Shown here: piece by piece, positions 52,788-64,000 of the stretch
Layout of the letters: each line of letters opens with the position of its first letter
Numbering within the stretch: position 1 is the stretch's first letter
Assembly: GCA_013239625.1 (NCBI GenBank)
Contig: MU053594.1
Span: 2,236,127 to 2,300,126 of the forward strand
Source of the DNA: Lama guanicoe
Lineage: Eukaryota
Length of the DNA: 64,000 nt
Direction: 5' to 3'
Position numbers and translations under genes: made by a program
The notes under the pieces: generated by a model
The model's input: only the letters and a program-made list of their open reading frames with translations
Database searches by the model: none
Told to the model about the DNA's origin: nothing

Positions 52788-55129
52788 CTTCCTAGCTGAA
52801 TTTGTTGTGAGAAAGTTTTAAAAGTTCTTATTTCTTTATTAGTCAGTAAAAGAAAAGTAGACCTTCACTGAGGGGAGAGTTATCCTCTTGCTAGAGTATT
52901 CTGGTTCTACTTTATTACCTGCCATCACTGTTCTATCTTATAAGGTCAGTAAGAGCTTGTTTGAAAATTACTTTTTAACGTACAAATTTCCCTTTTAAAA
53001 ATTTGGTTTATTTCTCGACCTCTTAATAGCCTTCATGATGATATTTTGTGAGTGATATAGCTCATTCTGAAGAATTCAAGCTAAGCAGAAAAAACTAGTA
53101 CCAAGGAAATAAAAATCTCTCCCATCCAGCCAAAAATTACCATCATTAGCATTAAATGGTGACCATCTTCCCAGTCATCCTCTATTTATGCACAGATGTG
53201 AGAACTGATACACAATTTAATAGGAAAACCATACCACCGGAGCTGCTTGTTAGAAACTTGGATTTAACTTTGCCTGATCTTGACCAAATGGAGAAACCTA
53301 AAACGAAACTGAAAACTGTTGAAATAGTCATAAGATTTTCTACCACAAAGTAATTTTTTGAAGGATTTCTTTTATGGTTTAAAAAAAGGAACACCCGGAG
53401 GCTAAAACAGTTGTTAAAACTTAAAAAAAAAAATACTGTATTGATTATGTTGCTATGCAAGCTACAGAATTTAGCATTCTTCATTTTTGACTTGTCCCTC
53501 ATTCCCCGTGTCATTAAAAAATTGAGGTGTAATTGACATGTAACATTGTTAGTTTTAGTTTCAGGTATATACGATATATACAAATACCAAATCATGTTGA
53601 AGTGATCACCACAATGTCTTACCTCTGTCACCATACGTAGTTACAGTTTTTTTTTTTCCCCTGTAATAAGAACTTTTCTTACTCTCTTGGCAACTTTCGG
53701 ATACACAACTTTTTTAATGCCAAGGCTGAACTTTTATGTTCTCTCCTGAAACAATTATTCCTATAGCTGTTTTTTTCTGAGTTCTGCGTTTCAACTGATT
53801 CTATGAATGCTCATTATTCTCTTCTAAATGTGGAATCTGTTTTGAGTCATCTTTGGTTAACTGGAATTCATTGTTGAGAAGCAGCTTTTCCACAAACGGC
53901 TCAAAGCTGCTCTATACTGTGAGCTCATTTGTGCCCGAGGCTCGTTATTCTTTCATACTTGAAGCACTACTTGTCTGAGTATTAACATCTTAGGTCATGT
54001 TTTCTTTCTCTTACAGCTTCATAGCCATCACTCTAATCTGTTGTTTTTGTCCAGAAACCTAAGATCAGCTTGATTTCTCCAACTCGCACCACTCACATGA
54101 AAATGTACGTTTGATTTGACTTCCTTTGCCTGCTAGTCTGAAAGATTCTTTCTTTATACTTGAAGCCTATGTCTCGGTCAATCATTCTGTATCATTTTTT
54201 CCCCCTTGAAACATTGTGCCTCTTTCTGATCTGCAGATTTAATTTTTTTAAAGCAATCTTCCACAATATTACATTTGAATGCTTTCTTTGTCCGTTTCAG
54301 GGATACCAACTCTCTTCATGGTAGATCATTTTCTTTGTCATAACTATTATTTGATTGCTTTAATCTCATTCCTTTTTAGATCATGATTGTTTTAAGCTTT
54401 CCTTCTGCCAGTGTGAGTTGCAGTCCTGTCTAGTCTTTCTGATTTCTACCTTATATCTTCCCTAATGATGTTATTTTGGATTTCAATTCGTGACTTTTTC
54501 TGTGGGTTATTTATGTGTAAAATTTGTTGAACTGAAAAATGAAAGAACTGTGTCAAAGTTACTATATGTAAAATATACTGTTGTACTTGGCTGCGACAGA
54601 AGAATGGGTTTCTAAGAACCTTCGCACAGAGGGTTTTATTAACAAAGTGTATCTTGAAATTTCTAAGGTTGGTTTTACAGAATGATTTCCGGGGAACAGA
54701 GTTGACAGATCAGTGGCACATGGATGACCACTCCTGCACCCCTTGCCCATCACGGATGTGCTAGTCAATCACAAGGTTCTTGTCTGAGTGCAGAGGTTGC
54801 CTCACAATTCTGTGTAGCACAGTACTAGAGACAGCCATTAACATGAATTGTTCCAAGCTGGTGCTCAGACAGAGATCAGTTCCATCAGTGCTCTACGACT
54901 TGGTCCAGAGTGAGCCATCCTTAGACCCTGTGTAATTCTTTAGAGCTTCCCATGTGGCCTTGAACTCAAAGGGAAAATATAGTGCATTCTATATTTTTGG
55001 TTATGATTAAAAGTAATCAATACAGTTTGAGCCCCCAAATAAATGAATCCTGTATCTATTGGTCTATCAGCCAAATTAGATCTTCCTAGTACGCATTTTG
55101 AGATTTTCTTTGAGTATATGCCACTGTTT

Positions 55130-56730
55130 TTCTTTAAAAAAAAACTAAACTTGAGAGAATTGTGGAGTCACATGCAGTTAAGAAATAGATCCTGGGTACC
55201 CTTTATCCAGTTTCCATCAATGGTAATATTTTGTGAAACTGTACTATAATGTCACAACCAGATACTGGCCCTGGTGCTGTCAAAATGCAGAACATTTCCA
55301 TCACCACAACCATCCGTCTTGTTGCTCATTTATCATCACACCCGCTTTCCTCTCACATTCATCCTTCCTTATCCCTTGGCAATCACTAGTCTTTTCATTT
55401 CTATAATTCTATCATCGCAAGAATGTTATAAATGGAATCATACTGGACCCCTTTGGAACAGACTTTTTTCACTAAGCATAATTCTTTGGGGATTTATCCA
55501 GACTCTCGTATGTAGCAGTAGTTTGTTCATGATTATTGCTACATAGTATTCTATGGTATGGATATGCCACAATTTGTTTAACCTGTTGAAGAATGACAGC
55601 TGAGGTGTTTCTCATCTGGGGAATTATGAATAAAGCTGCGATAAACATTCTTGTACGTAATATGTAAACGTAAGTTAATTCCTCTTTTCTAAGTGCCTAG
55701 GAGGGCAATTGCTGGGTCACATGGTAGTTCCATGTTTAGATTTTAAAGAAACTGCCAGACTGTTTTACAAAATGGTTGTATCATTTTCCACTCCCACCAG
55801 CAATGCATGGTTATCCAGTTTCTCTGCATCCATGCCAGTCTCTGGTGTTATCACTACACACATCACAATGGCTTAAAAAAAAGAGTCATCTCATTGTAGT
55901 TTTAATTTACATTTCCCTGACATCTAGTGATGTTAAACTTGTTTTCATGTGTTTATTTGCCATCTGTATATCCTCTTTGGTGAAATGTGTGTGCATATCT
56001 TGACACTTTTTAATTGGATTGTGGCTTTTTAATCATTGACTTTTGAGAGTCCTTTATATATATTTTAGGTACTGGTCCTTTGTCATATGTGTAGTTTGAG
56101 AATATTTTCTTCCAGTTGTTTATCTTTTTGTTCCCTTGATAGAGTCTTTTACAGAGTAAATGTTTTAAATTTTGAGGAAGCCTAATTCAATAGTTCTTCT
56201 TTTTATGGACTGTGCTTAATCCCATACTCCCAAGTTACCACCCTCTATTCCCCTTTGGTAGCCATAAGTTTGTTTTCTGTGTCTGTAAGTTTGTTTCTGT
56301 TTTGTAAGTGAGTTCATTTGTACTGTTTCTTATATTCCATGTATAAGTGATATCATGTCATATTTATCTTTTTCTGTCTGACTTATTTCACTTAGTATGA
56401 TAATCTCTAGGTCCATCCAAGTTGCTGCAAATGGCATTATTTCATCCTTTTTTATGGCTGAGTAGTATTCCGTCATATACATACACCATAAGTTCTTTAT
56501 CCAGTCATCTGTTAATGGACATTTAGGATGTTTCCATATCTTGGCTGCTGTAAATAGTGCTGCTATGGACATTGGGGTGCATGTATCTTTTTGAGATAGA
56601 GCTTTCATCTTTTTTGATATATGCCCAGGAATAGGATTGCTAGATCAGATAGTAACTCTATTTTTAGTTTAAGGAACCTTCTGATTGTTCTCTATGGTGG
56701 CTGTACCAATTTATGTTCCCACCAAAAGTG
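55130..56730 (-). mobile_element. L1 3' fragments (older element plus a younger segment at about 56220-56730)
   Basis: ORF 56330-56608 (KDTCTPMSIAALFT...WIKNLW...[22 protein letters not shown]) is typical of the L1 ORF2 end and 3' region. Confidence 0.85.
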
Positions 56731-58763
56731 TATATATAATTCTACTTGGTGGGAGGAGTAGGGAAATGGACACCTATTTTATCTTCCTGGAAGCAGAAGT
56801 CTATGCACAACTTTTGAAATAAAAATTGTTTTAAGAAGAATTATTTTAAGTATTGTACTTTTGAGAAAGGGTCCTTTTTGTTGGCAGTTTGTACAATACG
56901 GCTTCTATCTACTAAGGTTTTCTTATTCTTTTTCTGGTCAGTTGGCTGTGCATGTGGGTGCATACAAGCCAATTCCTTAAAGATAACTAGAATCTCAAAA
57001 CTTTAAATTACTATGGATTTGATTGAGCAATAAATACACGTAACACAGCAGGAAGGAGAACATGATCCCTGCCTTAAAATCTGTGGCATTTCCATGAAAA
57101 AGCATGTGCTTACTAAAAGCCTGCAGCTGCTAGTGTATTAATGGAATCAGATGGAGGGAGGGACCAAGAAGTCAGCCAGGAAGTTCACAGAATCATGTTT
57201 TGGTCAGTGCCTTGTACAGCAAAGAATGAGGATATAGAAAAAAAGATCTTTAATTTCTGCACAACTTTTTCTTTGCCACCTCTCTGAGGACCTGGACTCT
57301 TGATCAAGCTATTTTAAATAGTTTTGTTACCTGGCCTAATGAATCTTCACTATGTTTTCAGGAAATACATTTCATAATTTATGTGAATAGTTCTTGACAC
57401 ACACTCAACATTTATCCTATCAAAATAAGACTTGTCTTGTCAAAGTACTGAAGAAGTCTTTAATCTTATAAAGTTATTATGCATTAATTTGAGGGGTGTG
57501 CTTTATTTAAGAATTCCCAGTTCATGGGAATACCGAACAGGGACCTCATAGTCCATTCTTACGGCAACTACCATTTTGTTAGTGTCTGTGCTGTAAAGGC
57601 AGCAGGTCATTTTAATGGAGACGGTAACTAATGAAAACAGTTTCAAGGCTGGCAGATTTGGTACTGACTTTGCCTGATGGCTAATCTAATGATTTAAACT
57701 GAATGACTCTTGGAGATGCCTAAGTGACCAACCCCTAGCAGATACGAAATAAGAACTCAGTGCCAGTGTAAGATGGAGAAATGGAGGAGTTGGACATAGC
57801 TGATTCTGAGCAGAGCTTCCTTATGGCTGGATTTAAAACTCTTTGTTAAACCTTAATCGTAAATCTTCTTGTCACGTTGTCTTGGTGTTTTTATGTTAAG
57901 TTTTCTCTAAAGTAATTTACTATTGGTATTTTGACTGGTTGGATTTACAGCTAAATCCCCAGCCACAGAAGAACATGTTTTAATTAGGACAAAAGACTTC
58001 CAGGACTGAAAATGTTGACTGTGAGATGATCACTGAATTAAATAATTAGTTATCATTTACTATCTACCTGTGTAATGTTTAAGTCTTAATTCTTTACCTG
58101 TCTACCTTCCTTGCATTGCTTGGGAGACTCAACAGAAGTTTTTATACTAAAAAATAAAAACCTTTTGCTACTCATCTTGAAGCACAAAACAGAAAATTAT
58201 CCATGTGAAAAAGGTTGAATTGCAGACATTGAGTCTGTGATCTGAACAGCCTTTGATTGTGAGTTTGCATTAAAAACTTTGAATTCATGTGATGGCTGTA
58301 TCTCTAATTAGTATTCAGATCCATCCTAGAACTTCAGTTTCAGATAACTGCTTATCTCCTTGAAATGTTCCAACCAGGGCCTCCAAAGTGAATTTCGTAT
58401 ATGCCACGTGGCATATATTTTATGTACTCTCATTCCAGATCACCAAATATTTTGCAAATACACCCATCTCCTTTTGTGGGACTTGGTGAACAATTTTAGA
58501 TAACTTAGTCAGCCTGATACATGAGGACATATACAAATTTTACATTTCTAGAAAGAAGTTCAGTCAATATCTTTAAATACGTGGTCTAATCTGTTTTAAT
58601 CATGGTGAAAATTTCAGCATCTTTTTCTTCTGTGTCAAATATTAGCCCATTGTGTTACATATCCACTCCAAGTTATAATATACATTTATATGATTTATAC
58701 ATGAATGTTAGAGGTCTTTTCAATCAATTCTCTTACAGCTTTATTGGTGTTATATTGACATAT

Positions 58764-58818
58764 TTAACAACTTTGAAAAATGCAGACTGAAATGAGGCCA
58801 CCCGTTTTCTTGCTAGAT
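58764..58818 (-). CDS. Possible terminal coding exon of an unnamed gene (SSKKTGGLISVCIFQSC*)
   Basis: Strong acceptor ctttttctgttttgtttttag|, TAA, then AATAAA at 58740-58745; phase 2 fits the candidate exon at 60244-60281. Confidence 0.3.
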
Positions 58819-58869
58819 CTAAAAACAAAACAGAAAAAGAAACATAGTTATTTCTGTAAAAAGTCCACC

Positions 58870-59720
58870 GAATGAGGAAAAATAGTTGCAGAATAAAGAA
58901 TTCCTACACACCAATTTAAAAAGGCACTCCAATGACAAACTGGCAAAAGGACTGAATAGGTACTTCTCGAGAGAGGATATTCAAACACTGGATATAAATA
59001 TATATATAAATATATGAAAGATGCTCAGTTGCACTGGCCTTCAGGGAAATGCAAAGTAAAACCACACACCCAGAAGAATGGGTAAAATAAAAAGGATGGG
59101 AAATGCTAGTTCTGAGAAGGATGGAGAGCAATCAGAACTCTGGTCCACTACCGGTGGCAGCATGTCACTATATGATCACTTTGAAACTCTGGTTGATAAT
59201 AGATGTTAATATTGAGCGTGTCCATACCCTTAGAGCCAGAAGTTCTAGTCCTAAGTAAATACCTGGCCAGGTATAGTCATCAAAAGGTGCACAGGACTAT
59301 TTTTAATAACCCCCGCCTGGAAAATACCCACATGTGCATCAGTTTAGAAAGAATGGATACATTGGGATAGATCTGCACAGTGGAATCCTTTACAACAAGG
59401 AGAATCAACAAACCACAGCCACCTGCAATAGTATGGATGAATCTCACAAACATGAGCAACAAATTAATTCATAGCTTATGACTCTATTTATATAAAATTC
59501 ATGAATAAGCAAAAACAATTTACAATGTTTGGAGTCAGGATAGTGACAACTCTCAGGGGATATGGGTGCCCAGACAAAGGAGAACTGGGGTGCTTCTGGG
59601 AAGCTGGCCATGTTCTGTTTCTTCATCCGGATGCTTGTTTGGGAGTGTTTACTTTGGATAGTTCATGGGGTGCACATTTGTGATGTGTAGTTTTAAATGT
59701 TGTGTTACATTTGAATAAAG
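58870..59720 (+). mobile_element. Old L1 (L1M-type) 3' fragment
   Basis: CAGGGAAATGCAAAGTAAAACCAC, GGATGGAGAGCAATCAGAACTCT, TGGATGAATCTCACAAACAT, ending AATAAAG. Confidence 0.75.
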
Positions 59721-60243
59721 TTTTAAGAGTAGTTTTCACCCCAGACACTGGTGATAACTTTAAGGTGGACTGGGACCCGGGGCTGGAGTCGCTGCTCAGT
59801 TACTTTGCTAGGTTGCTAGGTTCTGATCTTGATCTCAGTGTGTTTGGGTCAGTGCTCTGCATGAGAAAATGAAGATGTTCGGGAGTTTCCTCTGGCCTAG
59901 TTATACATTACAACATATTAGTGGTGGTCATTTGGAACAAAAATATTTGTTGGTTTTTAAAGATACAGCAACATTTTAAATGCTTAAGATTAAAAACAAC
60001 CTTATGAAACAGCAGTGGGTATTATTATGGTACTGGGGGAGAAACCCTGAATGAGAAGACAGGGGACCCAAGTTCTAGTTACTGCCTGGCTTCTTCTGGC
60101 TGGGTGAACCGGGGCAGGTCTAAGTCTCAGTCCTGTTCTCTAGGATTAATTCCTGACGTGCCGGAAGGCAGGGGGATTAACTCTGACATCTAAGATCTAC
60201 CATCTGTTGGTAAAGTTTTTAAATAAGTGACTGATGATGTTAC

Positions 60244-60281
60244 CTGTTCATACCACCATCAATTTCCAATCCTTTGTTCTG
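60244..60281 (-). CDS. Possible small exon of the unnamed gene (QNKGLEIDGGMN); acceptor uncertain
   Basis: Donor AACAG|gtaaca. In frame only if a CAGCAG acceptor is used; the upstream tatag| acceptor (exon start 60294) gives LNTSAEQRIGN*. Confidence 0.3.
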
Positions 60282-60385
60282 CTGATGTGTTCAGCTATAA
60301 GAATGGCCAAAACACACACAACAAAGAGTTCCACTGTATACAGCAAAGTACGGTCCCAGTGCTGTAGCTCATACGGGCATCTCAC

Positions 60386-60493
60386 CTTATCTTCACCCCC
60401 AAGCTGATCTCTTGGTTTTTCTGCATCGAGGATGCTTTTCAGGAAATGTTCCATATTGGTGAAGAGGAGGCGGTCTTTGTTTTTCTTAATATA
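60386..60493 (-). CDS. Coding exon of an unnamed gene, 108 nt, phase 0-0 (YIKKNKDRLLFTNMEHFLKSILDAEKPRDQLGGEDK)
   Basis: ctacag| acceptor, AAG|gtgaga donor, open frame, non-repeat sequence. Confidence 0.6.
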
Positions 60494-60659
60494 CTGTAGA
60501 CAATGTGGGGGATAAATGATAATATAATTAATACCTTTGCTGTCATTTCTTTTACATATTCTTGGTTCTTCTTAGCCAGTACCTGACAGCACTATGTACA
60601 ATTCTGCTTTTAAAATAAAATAAGAGCTCTTTCTAGATGGTGGTTGGCAAAGTACTAAC

Positions 60660-61280
60660 GTCCCAGCTCCACAACTCTCTCTGTCTCGGGGAAGTTGTTT
60701 TTAACACTTGCAAGCCTCAGTTTTCTCATCTGTAAGTTAGGACTAAAGGCAGCATCTACCTTATCAGGGTATGAGGAAGATTAAATGAGATAATGCGTGT
60801 AAAACCCTCAGCAGAAGATACTGACTGGTATATATAAAATAGACAAACAAGTTTATACTGTATAGCACAGGGAAATATATTCAATATCTTGTAGTAGCTC
60901 ACGGTGAAAAAATATGAAAATGAATATAGGTATATTCACATATGAAGAATTGTGCTTACACCTGAAATTGACACAACAGTGTAAACTGACTATAGCTCAA
61001 TTAAAAAAACTTAAAAAAACTTATATGTCTAAAAAAGTTTCTTCTGTGTAGCACAGGGAACTATGTTCAATATCTTATAATCTTTAATAAAAATATGAAA
61101 ATGAATATGTGTATGTATATGCATGACTGGGACATTGTGCTGTACACCAGAAATTAATACATTGTAACTGACTGTACTTCATTAAAAAAAAAAACTTACA
61201 TGTCTAAATTAAAAATAAAAACCTCTCAGCAGAACACCTGACACATGGCAAGTGGCAGGTATGCAGTGTTTGCGATTATC
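60660..61280 (+). mobile_element. MIR interrupted by two nested L1 3'-end insertions
   Basis: MIR core GCCTCAGTTTTCTCATCTGTAA...GATTAAATGAGATAATG; two L1 tails, each with its own TSD. Confidence 0.75.
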
Positions 61281-61339
61281 TGCCCTCTAGCTAGGTCTCA
61301 TAGACCGAAATGTTTCAGTACATAGCATCCAGGCCATAC

Positions 61340-62800
61340 AAATCCATCCATCAGCACGGTAAATACACTGAAAGCCTGCTCTGAGCCTGGCACATGGGCT
61401 ACAACAGGAAAAGCACAGCAAACAGCTCTGCCCTCGTGGGGCTTATATTCCAGCAGGGGAAGAAAAGTAATATGTCAAAGTAAGTAAATGATGTAGAAGG
61501 TTAGGACATGATACAGGGTAAAGAAAAGCAGAGAAGAGTAAGGAAAAGTGGGTAAAGAGGGTTGCAGATTAAGATGGGCCAGTCAGGGGAGTCATTGAGA
61601 AGATGACACTGAACAAAGACATGAAGGAGGCAAGGGAGTCAGGCACAGATCCAGGTTTCTCAGCCTCAGCACTACGGACGTTTTGGGATGGGTACCTCTT
61701 TGTTGTGGGGCTGTCCTGGGCCTTGTAGGATGTTTAGCAGCATCCCTGGCCTCCGCCTGCCAGTTAACACTAACATTCCCCTCCTCTGAGTCGGACAATC
61801 AAAAATATTTCCAGACATTACCATATGTCCTGGCGGGGATAAGGTTGCTCCTGGTTGGGAGCTACTGCCTTAGAGGAGGGAGTGTTGCAGGCAGAGGGAA
61901 CCCTTAAGACGGGAGTGTCCCTGGTAAGTCTGAAGAACAGCAAGGAGGAAAGTGTGGTTGGAGTTGAGTGAATGAGGGGGAAAGTAGCAGGTGAGGGAGT
62001 GAGATGCAAGAGGGACTCGGCTTCCTTGGCTTTTACTCACGTGAAATGGGGACCACACCGGGATTTTGAGCAGCCCCAGTTTTCATTTTAAAAGGATGAC
62101 TCTGAGACTGTGTGAGACTAGACTGAAGAGAGGCAAGCTCGGACTCAGGATGATCAGTAAGTCTGGTAGCAGTCCAGGCAAGCGATGCCTTGCACCAGGC
62201 TGGCCGCAGCATAGGTGATGAGAAGTGGGCAGGTGATGGATATACTTGAAGGCAGAGTTTGTGAAGGAAGAGTTTCTGAAGAATTTCTCGATGAATTGGT
62301 TGTGGGGTGAACATAACAGAGAGAGAGGTTTTAAGGAAGGCTCTGGCCTGAAAAATCAGAAGCATACAGTTGCCATCAACTGAGATGGGGAAGGTGCCGA
62401 TGGAGCAGGTTTGGAAAGAACTGGTTTGGGGCATGTTATTAGACTTACCAGTGAAGGTGGCTAGTAAGTTGGATGTATGAGTTGAGTTAGAGAGTTGCGT
62501 TGGGGCTGGAGATAAAAATTTGAGAGTTGTTGACATATAGATGGGATTTAAAGCTAGAAGACTGGATGAGAACCCCAAGGGGAATGACTAGAGGACAGAC
62601 TGAATCCTGTCCCTTTAACATAAAGAAGAAGAGGAGGGTCAGCAGAGGAGGCTGACAGGGAACAGTCAGAGAGGTTGGAGGAAAACCAGAGGAAGCCAGT
62701 GTCCTGGGAACCAAGTAAAGAAGATGGAACAGGAGGAGGAAGGGACCACGTGTGTCAAATGCTGCTGTCAGGTGAGGACAGAGAACTGACCCTTCTCTGA
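61340..62800 (-). mobile_element. L2 LINE fragment interrupted by a MER20-like DNA transposon (about 61652-61871)
   Basis: Antisense L2 motifs (CTGCCCTCGTGGGGCTTATATTCCAG; GGGCTGGAGATAAAAATTTGAGAGT). MER20 motifs (TTTCTCAGCCTCAGCACTA...GTAGGATGTTTAGCAGCATCCCTGGCCTC). Confidence 0.75.
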
Positions 62801-63405
62801 GTTTCACAGGAGCTAGAGTGTAACGGTTCTGTGATCTGGGTGACCAATGTCGCCATCACCATCAACAGCCACAAAATAAATCTCTGACTCAGTAACTAAT
62901 GGAGATTTGATTTCAGAGAGATGTACACGGAACATTTACTTAGGAGTCAGGACATCCAGAATCTAGCCTCAGATCTACCACCAGAAATAGCCATACAGTT
63001 TGGGTCAAGTTGCTTAATCTCTCCTTAAGTACAAAATGTAACTAAAAACATTTATGCTTCCTATCTTGCAGGATTGCTGGGTGGGTCAAATGAGACTACA
63101 TATATGTGTGTATATATATCTACTATATAAAATATGCCTTGAAATTGATGAAGCTTTATATACATAATGAAAAAAGGTATGTTCTTGTTTATAACTCAAG
63201 AATGAATTGACCTTTAATGGGAGATGGTCTTTTTAAGAAGACCATCTTCTTCTTCTCTTGTGGTTTGAGAAGCAGCCTGAGCGTCAAGCCAGTGCACCAC
63301 CTAGAGAGGCCAGAAATATCTGACTGGGTCGCACCCTGAGGCATTTACTCCGTGAGGGGTCGATTTTAATCGAGACCGCGTGCTGCGCAAGTTGAAGCCA
63401 GTTAC

Positions 63406-63603
63406 CTCTTCTGATGACTCTGGCTCCAGGTGAGACTGGTGCTTCCCTTCAATGAGCTTAGAGAGAAGATCCCTTCCTGTTTCAGAGGTGGGCTGCTCAT
63501 CCAGCAGAATAGCCCTTAGGCTTTGGTCAAGCTGACTGTCCCGGGAAGCTGCTGACATTTGCAGTGTGATGGAGAATGCTTCCCTGAAATAAGCCTTCAA
63601 CCC
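63406..63603 (-). CDS. Coding exon of an unnamed gene, 198 nt, phase 0-0 (GLKAYFREAFSITLQMSAASRDSQLDQSLRAILLDEQPTSETGRDLLSKLIEGKHQSHLEPESSEE)
   Basis: Branch-point-like CCCTGAC plus cttttccttgaccag| acceptor; GAG|gtaact donor; open frame; splices in frame to 60386-60493. Confidence 0.65.
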
Positions 63604-64000
63604 CTGGTCAAGGAAAAGGTCAGGGGGCAGATCACTTCGGCTTCCAGGCAATTGCTATTTAAGTTTTACAATAATAGTGGAAAGCAAAGCGGGGTTTGCG
63701 ATTTGTCATCTTTACTTGCTCTCATCGCAGGTTACCACTGTCATTTGTGATTCTGGTGAAGTTTACGTGTTGACAGTGAAATTCCCATAGAGAGCTGTGA
63801 CGCTGTTCTCACAGGAAGATCACGTCTCTCCAGCATTCTTAGTGTGGTGCATGCACTTGGTCATACGCTGCCACAGGAAATTTGATTGGGAAACTCTTCT
63901 TGGCCAGGCAGGAGGAACCAAAGGCCACCAGTGGGATTGAAGTAGATTTGAAATGTTACCAAGCTTATGGCATTTACTCTCCTGGGGACTGGGCTGTGAG

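Noticed and set aside
53182..53634. 150-aa minus-strand ORF
   Set aside because: Starts in an L1 3' fragment, AT-rich, no convincing splice sites or recognisable domain.
62033..62578. 181-aa ORF
   Set aside because: Lies within a degraded L2 element.

Overview
Mammalian genomic DNA, probably camelid judging from the tRNA-derived SINE family. It is orthologous to the LAYN-HOATZ(C11orf88)-MIR34C-MIR34B-BTG4 cluster (human 11q23). Minus strand: the 5' part of LAYN (exon 1, a 24-nt micro-exon and the first C-type lectin exon; the gene continues off the left edge), the complete 6-exon HOATZ CDS (168 aa), and the miR-34b and miR-34c hairpins. Plus strand: the complete BTG4 CDS (4 coding exons, 231 aa), divergent from miR-34b/c across a CpG island, with a CPE-rich 3' UTR. 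At the right end there are in-phase minus-strand exons of a gene I cannot name, convergent with BTG4. The rest is interspersed repeat: an ERVL pol remnant, L1, L2, MIR, MLT LTRs, MER DNA transposons and SINEs. The most notable extras are the unnamed gene, a TSD-flanked mini-L1 that looks like a spliced L1 retrocopy, an RFX X-box lying on the HOATZ start codon, and a candidate p53 element upstream of miR-34b/c. Comparisons with human and mouse sequences and repeat family names are from memory, not from searches. Repeat boundaries are approximate.
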